From assembly GCA_963662665.2 (NCBI GenBank), contig CAXXJS010000010.1:320001-384000 (forward strand): a DNA stretch of 64,000 nucleotides, given 5' to 3'. The stretch comes from Candidatus Latescibacterota bacterium (lineage in GTDB: Bacteria; Latescibacterota; UBA2968; GCA-2709665). How positions within the stretch are numbered: the first letter of the stretch is position 1; the number at the start of each line of letters is the position of its first letter. Of the stretch, positions 57,025 to 64,000 are shown piece after piece. The translations under genes were made by a program, and so were the position numbers. The notes beneath the pieces are model-generated. The model made no database searches and was not told the origin of the DNA. It was given only the letters and a program-made list of their open reading frames with translations.

Positions 57025-58062
57025 TCAGGCGTCGTTCGCGATTTCTCCGAGCATCAGGGGCCACGCATCCTCGGCATAGAACCGGTGGCCGCCGTTGCCG
57101 ACGACCAGGTGGCAGCGGTGGGAAGCGCCCGCCGCGGCGTATATTCTCTTGAGATGGTGAAACGCCTTCCGAACGCCGGCGACAGGGAAAATCCCGTCGT
57201 CTTTTCCGGCGACGATAACGACCGGTTTTGGCGCAAATAGGCCCATGACGTCGGCCATTTCAGCGTATTTCAGCAAGCCGGGCACGTAGTTGTCCGCGCA
57301 GTGGTAAATGGACATAACGGAGTCACGGAACGTGCAGAAATAACACGAGGGCATTGCGTAGGAGATGCGCGGCAGTAAGGCCGAGGCAAAGAGGCTGACG
57401 GTTCCGCCCCCCGAATTGCCCATAACGCCGAGGCGATCGGGATTGGCGTCGTCCCGGGAGAGAAGGTAGTCGATCCCTCTGTCTACGTCGTAGACGCGTT
57501 CTCCCAGCAATGTACGGCCGAGCATGAGCGCGTGCATGGTGGCGTCGTGACATCCGTGGCCGGATATCTTCTGCTGGACCAGTTCCCGCCGTTCGCCGAA
57601 AGAGCGCTGTTCGATACACAGGGCGGCGATGCCCCGCCTCATGCAACCGAGGCCGAAGTCCCTGTCGCCGGGAACCTCGATTGGCTCGCTGTTATCGTCC
57701 CGGGCAACGGCGATTGAGTTGTGCATGCCCGTGGAGTGGCCCTGGAGACAGATGAAAAAAGTGTATGGCGGTTCGATGCCCGCCGGCAGACACACGTACG
57801 CGGGAACGTCGGCGTACGGCTCGGTGCTAAATACGATTTTCTCAATACTCCCAAGCGGATGGTCCCGCTTCCAGAGGGTGCGGACATCCAGGGAGACCCG
57901 TTCTTCGGGCATATCCCCGACAAGCTGACGGACTTTTCGGCGAAGTTTCCGCTGCCACGGCTTGAGGTCGTCCCCTCGATACGCCAGCGAGGGTTCGAGT
58001 GTGTCCATCAGGTGCCGGTGATGCACCGATGGGGAGAAGCTGAAACCGGCCTCGCATGCCAT
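57025..58062 (-). CDS. Alpha/beta hydrolase (esterase-like)
   Basis: ICLQGH, FGERR, GVMGNSGGG nucleophile elbow, HCADNYVPG, D.IFP, GGHRFY. Confidence 0.85.
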   Translation of the reverse strand: MACEAGFSFSPSVHHRHLMDTLEPSLAYRGDDLKPWQRKLRRKVRQLVGDMPEERVSLDVRTLWKRDHPLGSIEKIVFSTEPYADVPAYVCLPAGIEPPYTFFICLQGHSTGMHNSIAVARDDNSEPIEVPGDRDFGLGCMRRGIAALCIEQRSFGERRELVQQKISGHGCHDATMHALMLGRTLLGERVYDVDRGIDYLLSRDDANPDRLGVMGNSGGGTVSLFASALLPRISYAMPSCYFCTFRDSVMSIYHCADNYVPGLLKYAEMADVMGLFAPKPVVIVAGKDDGIFPVAGVRKAFHHLKRIYAAAGASHRCHLVVGNGGHRFYAEDAWPLMLGEIANDA

Positions 58063-58124
58063 GGGGTCGCCTCGTGTCTTGAAAACCAGATCATTGAGTG
58101 GTACTCAGGTGCCGCGGTGAGGGG

Positions 58125-59594
58125 CTAAACGCCTTCCATCACTCTCGCCCGTTGCTTCCATTTCTCATAGTTGGGTGAAAGCGACAGCGCGCCGTCAGGC
58201 TGAGGCACGAGTCTGCCGTTCCGGCCGCGGGGATCGCCGCGGTCTTCGTTGATTCCGGCCAGGCGTCTGCGCCAGACGTCGATTCGAGGTTGAAGATTGG
58301 ATTCCGCTGCCAGGTCGTTGCATTCCAGAGGGTCCGTTTTCAGGTCGAAGAATTGTTCGGCGCCGGTATGGTGGAACCAGATGTACTTTTCATGTCCGTC
58401 GGTAACGTATTGCATACCGTGCTCTTTGTCGTAACAGGTGGTGTGTTCGCCCTGTACGAATCCTCGCCAGCCGTCAGTTTCGCCTCGCGATAGTCTGAGC
58501 AGGCTGAGGCCGTCTACGGATTCGGGGACGGGAACGCCCGCGGCGTCCAGAAACGTGGGCATGATGTCTCGCAACTCGACCGGCTGGCCCAGCGTCCGGT
58601 TGCGGGAAATGTCCCAGGTGTCCGGAAATTTCAGTATAAAGGGGATCCGGGCGGAGCCTTCGTACGCGTAGGTTTTGCGCCAGTGGTGGTGATCGCCCAT
58701 CATGTCGCCGTGGTCCGACGTGAACAGAATGAGGGTGTTGGCCGAGGCCGCCGGGTCGTGCCGGCGCAGTTCGTGCAGGACGCGGCCGATCTGATGGTCG
58801 ATGAACGTGATGTTGCCGTAATATGCCGCGCGAGCGCGATGAGTTTCCGCGTCGGTGCGCCGGGTGCGCGGGGCGTTCACGTCGGCGATTTGGCGGTCGT
58901 ACCGGGCGGACCACGCTCCCACGGCCGCCTTGGGCACATCGGGATTGTCTATATACATATCGTAGTAGGTTTGCGGCGCGTCGTACGGAGAATGGGGACG
59001 GGCGAACGACAGCCATAGAAAGAAAGGTTTTGTCGGGTCTCGATTCTCAAGGAATCGGATGCCCTCCGAGGCTGTCCAGTGCGTGGGGTGCAGGTGTTCC
59101 GGCAGATGCGATGGACGGGCCATCCATGAGTTCCAGTCGACGCTGTGGTCGCGGTAGCCGTATTCTCCCTCTTTGTGTTTCTCGAAGAAAACGTGGTAGT
59201 CGCTGATGAAGTTGCCCAGGCGTCGCCCGCTTTCGTCCAGGACCATATGGTGAAACCCGTGGAGTCTGCGCTGAGGGTGGAAGTGCATCTTGCCCACGGC
59301 CTGGGTGTGATAGCCCGCATCGGCGAGTTCGCCGGGCAACGTGGCCGGGTATTCGAGCGGGTCGGCGCCTGTCATTGTGAGTCGGCCATGGTTCCACTGG
59401 TCCATTCCCGTCAGGATACCCGCGCGGGCCGGCGTGCATGAGGGGACGGAGGTATAGGCGTGGTTGAAACGCGCGCCGCCTTCCGCCAGTTCATCCAGGT
59501 AGGGGGTTTCGAGAACCGGGTGGCCGTCGCACCCGAGGCAATCGCCGCGCTGCTGGTCGGTGGTTATAAGTAGCAGGTTAGGTCTGGGAGTCAT
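58125..59594 (-). CDS. Sulfatase (formylglycine-dependent)
   Basis: PNLLLITTDQQR, CTPARAGILTG, GKMH, SDHG. Confidence 0.93.
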   Translation of the reverse strand: MTPRPNLLLITTDQQRGDCLGCDGHPVLETPYLDELAEGGARFNHAYTSVPSCTPARAGILTGMDQWNHGRLTMTGADPLEYPATLPGELADAGYHTQAVGKMHFHPQRRLHGFHHMVLDESGRRLGNFISDYHVFFEKHKEGEYGYRDHSVDWNSWMARPSHLPEHLHPTHWTASEGIRFLENRDPTKPFFLWLSFARPHSPYDAPQTYYDMYIDNPDVPKAAVGAWSARYDRQIADVNAPRTRRTDAETHRARAAYYGNITFIDHQIGRVLHELRRHDPAASANTLILFTSDHGDMMGDHHHWRKTYAYEGSARIPFILKFPDTWDISRNRTLGQPVELRDIMPTFLDAAGVPVPESVDGLSLLRLSRGETDGWRGFVQGEHTTCYDKEHGMQYVTDGHEKYIWFHHTGAEQFFDLKTDPLECNDLAAESNLQPRIDVWRRRLAGINEDRGDPRGRNGRLVPQPDGALSLSPNYEKWKQRARVMEGV

Positions 59595-59820
59595 ACATGC
59601 ACGAGTAGATAAAATGGAAATTCCGGTTCCGGTTGCTGGCGCTAGGCGGCAGCGTTCGTGGCGTCGTTCCGATGGTTGATTTGCCGAAGGAGTGATCCCG
59701 ATCGTTTACATCTGAATGCTGTTCCGAAGATGGAATTGTGTATTTGTGCCGATTTGGACGTATGTGTTGGCAACGCGCTGATGGTCAATCAGGCCCTGTG
59801 GGTACGAAACGCCGCCCTTG

Positions 59821-60549
59821 TCAACTCTGATTCAGGTAAGTCGCTGTATATTGCCGTTCAACCCGTCCGCTCGCTAACATGGATCCGATGACGATCAGCC
59901 AGATCAGGAAGCCCGTTCCGACCACCATGTGGATCGCCTTCGCGGCGTCAAACCAGATGAATAGCATCGCGACGCCCAGAACTGCGGATATCGGCGCCAT
60001 CTTACGCAGCGCGCCGCCTACTTTCCACTGATACCTGGAAGCCACCACCAGCGCGAATCCCGCCGCGGCGAAGCCCCCAGCGCCCGTGAGCCACCGCAGG
60101 CCTGACATCGACTCCAGTACGGACATGTCGGGCGCGGGTGAGGCCCCGGCGACTGAAACGGTCTCGAGTGCCGGATGAACGGCGATCAGGATTGCGATCC
60201 CTCCCGATACCGTGGTGAACGCACCCGATAACACGAACAGGTACGGGACGGCCGACGTCGCCCAGCCCCCTCGAATAATCCAGGTCTGCAACAGGAGCAA
60301 ACCTGCCACCAGGAGGGCAATGCCGGACAACAGCCGGGCAACTCCTGAAAGGATGTACATGACCGGGCGCTGTGAAATGGCGACCAGCGACTCGAGCAGC
60401 GTCGCCTGGTCGGCGTCGGCGGCAACCCGCGTGTAGATGAGCGCAACCGTAAAGATTACGGTAAGCAGGAAGAGAAATCCCGCCTTCCGAGCCGCACGAT
60501 CCGTCGGTTGACTCTGAGAGGACGGTTTGGGGGTGGCGGATTCTGGCAT
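59821..60549 (-). CDS. Multi-pass membrane protein (DUF4386-like)
   Basis: ARKAGFLFL start and about six hydrophobic helices. Confidence 0.65.
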   Translation of the reverse strand: MPESATPKPSSQSQPTDRAARKAGFLFLLTVIFTVALIYTRVAADADQATLLESLVAISQRPVMYILSGVARLLSGIALLVAGLLLLQTWIIRGGWATSAVPYLFVLSGAFTTVSGGIAILIAVHPALETVSVAGASPAPDMSVLESMSGLRWLTGAGGFAAAGFALVVASRYQWKVGGALRKMAPISAVLGVAMLFIWFDAAKAIHMVVGTGFLIWLIVIGSMLASGRVERQYTATYLNQS

Positions 60550-60641
60550 ATCCGGGGGTCTTTCATTGTTTTGCGGGAGGACAGGGAAGAAGCCGGAGAA
60601 TTGAACGACAACCTGCCCCTTAACCGAGACCGTACGACCAA

Positions 60642-61724
60642 CTACCCCCAGACGTCCTTGAGGAATTGGACCCAATTGCCGGAAAGGATATTGCGAATGT
60701 CGGATTCGACATAACCGCGGCGCTGGAGGATGCGGACCATGTTCTGCAGATCGGCGATGGTATTGAGGTCGCGCGGGGCCTGTTCCTGTCCGAAACCGCC
60801 GTCCAGGTCCGTGCCGATGCCGGCGTGTTTCGCGTTTCCCGCCAGTTGGCAGACGTGGTCGATGTGATCGGCTACGGTCTCGAGGGTGGCTTTCGTGTTC
60901 TGGGCCCAGCAGGGAATATCACGGTTCCAGTCCGGATCCAGCATCCAGGCATCGAATGCGGCGCCGATCACGCCGCCCCGTTCGATGATGGCTGCGATCA
61001 TTTCGTCGGTAAGCTGCCGCTGGCCGGGTGTGAGGGCGCGGCAGTTATGGTGAGAGGCGGCCACGGGGCCGTCGTAGACGTCCAGGACTTCCCAGAAGGC
61101 CTGGTCCGTGGTGTGGGTGAGGTCGACAATTATTCCGGCTTCCTTCAGCGCGTCGAGAAGGGGTCTGCCGCGTTCCAGCAGGCCGCCCTCGGTGCCCGTG
61201 CCGTGGCAATAGGAACTGACGCCATAGTGGGAGATGCTCACGATTCGGAGCCCCAGATCGTACCATTCGGGAACCTGGGACGGGTCCAGGATGGGGTCGG
61301 CGCTTTCCATGGCGACCACAAGGCCGATGGGCGTGTCCGGCGCGGGGTTTTCCCACGCCGCCACCGTTTCGTCCAGGTCCCGCGAGTTGCGGATGAAACG
61401 AATAACGCCTTCGCGTTCCATCGCCTGATAATAGGCCAGGTGGCCTCTACCTACGCCGTGGCACTGGTCCTGGCAGTACATACCCGTCCGGGTCCAGCGG
61501 TCGTTGGGGTCGGTGCGGGACATCATCGTGCCGAAGATGATGCCCACGTTGCCCCGGCGGAGTTCAGGAAAGGTCACGGTGCAGCTTCCGAAGCTGCGCA
61601 TCACCGGCTCGGCGTCGTGGACGCGGACGGTTGCGGCCGGTTGCGTGAGGTCCCGATTGACCTGAATTGCGCTGAACCCGAGGTCCAGGTGGCTGTCTGC
61701 GATGAGGTACGGGCGGTCCGGCAT
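60642..61724 (-). CDS. Membrane dipeptidase family (M19) protein
   Basis: DSHLD, MESAD, DLTH, ASHHN, GIGTDLDG. Confidence 0.9.
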   Translation of the reverse strand: MPDRPYLIADSHLDLGFSAIQVNRDLTQPAATVRVHDAEPVMRSFGSCTVTFPELRRGNVGIIFGTMMSRTDPNDRWTRTGMYCQDQCHGVGRGHLAYYQAMEREGVIRFIRNSRDLDETVAAWENPAPDTPIGLVVAMESADPILDPSQVPEWYDLGLRIVSISHYGVSSYCHGTGTEGGLLERGRPLLDALKEAGIIVDLTHTTDQAFWEVLDVYDGPVAASHHNCRALTPGQRQLTDEMIAAIIERGGVIGAAFDAWMLDPDWNRDIPCWAQNTKATLETVADHIDHVCQLAGNAKHAGIGTDLDGGFGQEQAPRDLNTIADLQNMVRILQRRGYVESDIRNILSGNWVQFLKDVWG

Positions 61725-61790
61725 TCGAAAGCCTTGATATAGTCAGCCCGGGAGGCTAAAAGAGGCGGGCAGGTGGTAGAACTGCTGGCA

Positions 61791-62924
61791 TCAGGTCCAC
61801 GACTCTTTGAAGAACCTGATCAGATTTCCATGACAGATGTTGTCGATGTCTTCAGAATTGTATCCGTGCGCTTCAAGAATGTCGGGGAACCGCTGGAGGT
61901 CGGCAATCGTGTTGTAGTCCGTGGGGGAAAGCTCCAGCCCGAACCCTCCGTCCAGGTCCGTGCCGATGGCCGCGTGGCGGCTGTTGCCCGTCAACTGGCA
62001 GATGTGGTCGATATGCTCGACAACGGCTTTCATCGGTCGGGTGGCGGTGGCGTAGTGGGTCGACGGATCGTCCCAGTTCCACGTGGGGCTGAGCATCTGC
62101 TCGGCAAAGACCATGCCGATAACGCCGCCGCGTTCCACGATGGCGCGGATCATGTCGTCACTGAGGTGGCGTTGGCCGGGAACGAGCGCGCGGCAGTTGC
62201 AGTGGCTGGCGTGAACGGGGCCGTCCCAATAGTCCAGGATTTGCCAAAAGGCGAGGTCCGACGCGTGGGTCAGGTCGATCACCATGCCAACGTCTTTGAA
62301 GGCATCCATCAGGGGGTACGCCGGGGGATAAAGGCCGCCGACGGTGCCTGTGCCGTGGCCGTAGGTATTGGCCCCGAAGTGGGTAAGAGACACCGAGCGC
62401 AGGCCGGAATCCCACCATTCTGCGACCTGGTCGGGCCCCAGGATGGGGTCGGCGCTCTCGGCGGTGAGAATCAGCCCGATCGGCGTGGTGTCCGTCGGAT
62501 GCTCCCAGGACGATACACAGGCATCCAGATCGGCGCCGTTCTTGATGAACGTGATTTCTCCCCGGCGGGCGAGGGCGTTGTAATAGTGAAGGTGGCTCTG
62601 ACCCCGTGCGTACGCGACCGACTGGGCCCGAACGGAGTTGTGGGAGTCGATTGAAGGTGCCTGGACGCGGGCCATGATGGTGGAGAGCATGATGCCCACG
62701 TGGCCCTTTCGCATCTCCGGGAGGGTCACGGTGACGGTGTAGCTCTTGTCCTTGAGTCCCGCACGTCGTTCAAGAGAGTCTTTATGGGTAGACAGATCGG
62801 CGCGAACGACGTCCTCCCGTTCGCGGAGGACATGAACGGGTTGGGTGAGGTCGCGACGGTAGAACAAGGCATTGAATGCCATGTCCAGATGGCCGTCTAT
62901 GATGAGTACAGGTTTGTCGGGCAT
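61791..62924 (-). CDS. Membrane dipeptidase family (M19) protein, paralog
   Basis: DGHLD, AESAD, DLTH, ASHCN, AIGTDLDGG. Confidence 0.9.
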   Translation of the reverse strand: MPDKPVLIIDGHLDMAFNALFYRRDLTQPVHVLREREDVVRADLSTHKDSLERRAGLKDKSYTVTVTLPEMRKGHVGIMLSTIMARVQAPSIDSHNSVRAQSVAYARGQSHLHYYNALARRGEITFIKNGADLDACVSSWEHPTDTTPIGLILTAESADPILGPDQVAEWWDSGLRSVSLTHFGANTYGHGTGTVGGLYPPAYPLMDAFKDVGMVIDLTHASDLAFWQILDYWDGPVHASHCNCRALVPGQRHLSDDMIRAIVERGGVIGMVFAEQMLSPTWNWDDPSTHYATATRPMKAVVEHIDHICQLTGNSRHAAIGTDLDGGFGLELSPTDYNTIADLQRFPDILEAHGYNSEDIDNICHGNLIRFFKESWT

Positions 62925-63227
62925 AGACGAAGGAACTGTTGAAAATGGAATGCGAAACGGCTCGATGCCGTCCGCGCGTCAAATTACTGTGACGGCCGGG
63001 ACCGGGCAAGTGAAATCGATGGAGCCTGGCGGACAACGGGGGACACCGTGGACTCTGTACGGGCGAGATTTAAAGTGATGTGTGGTTGACTTGTCCGGAA
63101 CCGGCGAGCAGGCCTCGAGATTCGTCATTGATAGCAGTCGCCTGTGTGCCCGATCAACCTTTTTTCTTGCCCGAAGCGCCGGTTTTGTGGATATTCCGAA
63201 AGGACAATTTATCCTGACTTGAACTAT

Positions 63228-63304
63228 CGGGGAGTGGCTCAGTCCGGCAGAGCACCTGCTTTGGGAGCAGGGGGTCGCGGGTTCAAATCCCGCCTCCCCG
63301 ACCA
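63228..63304 (+). tRNA. tRNA-Pro(TGG)
   Basis: CGGGGAG/CTCCCCG acceptor stem, CCTGC-TT-TGG-GA-GCAGG anticodon arm, GGTTCAAATCC T arm, encoded CCA. Confidence 0.97.
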
Positions 63305-63311
63305 TAAAAAA

Positions 63312-63347
63312 ACAAGGGGTTACGAGTAATGGCTCGTAACCCCTTGT
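63312..63347. terminator. 15-bp-stem hairpin after the tRNA
   Basis: ACAAGGGGTTACGAG / CTCGTAACCCCTTGT. Confidence 0.65.
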
Positions 63348-63422
63348 CTGTATCGGCGAAGCGTCGGGCAGGGCGCCGAGGGTGTAACGCCCAGCCTATT
63401 ATCCTCGCGCCAGGTTAGCGAT

Positions 63423-64000
63423 CTACAACGATCTTAAGAACGCGAGCAATGCCTCCCGGTTTTCCGTGGAGAGTCTGCGCACGCCTTCGCGTGACCGTTC
63501 AGCTTCGCCGCCGTGAAACATGATGGCTTCCAAAAGTGTTTCCGCCCTGCCGTCGTGCAGGAACCCGGCCGGACTGCCATTGACGGTTTCTGTGAGACCG
63601 AGGCCCCACAGCGCGGGCGTTTTCCACTCGCGCCCATCGGCTTCGAAGTCCGGTCGTTCGTCGGCAAGCGCGTCGCCCATGTCGTGCAGCAGCAAATCGG
63701 TATAGGGATGAATGATCTGGCCCGATAGCGACGCGACGGCGTGGCTGCCGGTTTGAAAGGTCGTCGTGTGGCAGGCCGCACAACCCGTGGATTCAAAGAG
63801 AATCTCGCCGCGCAGTACCTGGGGATCATCCCAGTTGCGTCGAGCCGGCACGGCAAGCGTCTGGATATAAAACGTTGTGACGTCCAGCGTCTCTTGCGAA
63901 ATTTCCGGATCGTCGTCGCGGCCGTCGTGCTGAGGCTGCCCCCATACCGATTCCCGCGGAAAGTATGGACTGGTTACGCCCATATCCTCGTTGTACGCGC
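63423..64000 (-). CDS. Di-heme oxidoreductase family (DUF1111) protein, C-terminal part; 5' end outside the window
   Basis: DMGVTS, CAACH heme motif, PYTDLLLHDMG, EWKTPALWG, LHDGRA, HGGEA. Confidence 0.88.
   Translation of the reverse strand, partial: AYNEDMGVTSPYFPRESVWGQPQHDGRDDDPEISQETLDVTTFYIQTLAVPARRNWDDPQVLRGEILFESTGCAACHTTTFQTGSHAVASLSGQIIHPYTDLLLHDMGDALADERPDFEADGREWKTPALWGLGLTETVNGSPAGFLHDGRAETLLEAIMFHGGEAERSREGVRRLSTENREALLAFLRSL

Noticed and set aside
9144-62654. Many long antisense ORFs (e.g. 9144-10394, 13886-15043, 16586-17692, 51516-52661, 60666-61742)
   Set aside because: Shadow frames of GC-rich genes, with no recognisable motifs.
63228-63420. tRNA-Pro as an occupied island attachment site
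   Set aside because: No integrase or duplicated tRNA 3' end is visible in this window.

Overview
GC-rich bacterial chromosomal window. The GWxTD-type TPR proteins, dockerin-like EF-hand tail, FlgD/T9SS-like C-terminal domain and sulfatase suggest a Latescibacterota/Gemmatimonadota-like FCB-group organism (inference). Positions 1-5940 are a nested mobile region: an IS21 element (istAB) has inserted just after the start codon of a gene inside an AT-rich IS1595-family cargo element, which itself truncates an SLBB lipoprotein gene and carries small membrane and peptide genes separated by long hairpins. Next come an AbiEi/AbiEii module bracketed by a duplicated lpdA 3' end, adjacent PDH (aceE-aceF-lpdA) and two-subunit pyruvate:ferredoxin oxidoreductase clusters, vapBC, a ClC-CBS transporter with an unusual GPGVA filter motif, and topA-xerC followed by a lipoprotein/pilin-like/dockerin-metalloprotease run. 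The right half has type III glutamine synthetase, a TorF-like porin, a CzcCBA-type efflux system, catabolic enzymes, tandem M19 dipeptidases and tRNA-Pro(TGG). The clearest hidden signal is a two-domain rhodanese with an in-frame TGA (56298-56300) at its catalytic position, a probable selenoprotein that the ORF track truncates. No CRISPR array or rRNA was seen. All product calls are from motif recognition, not database searches.
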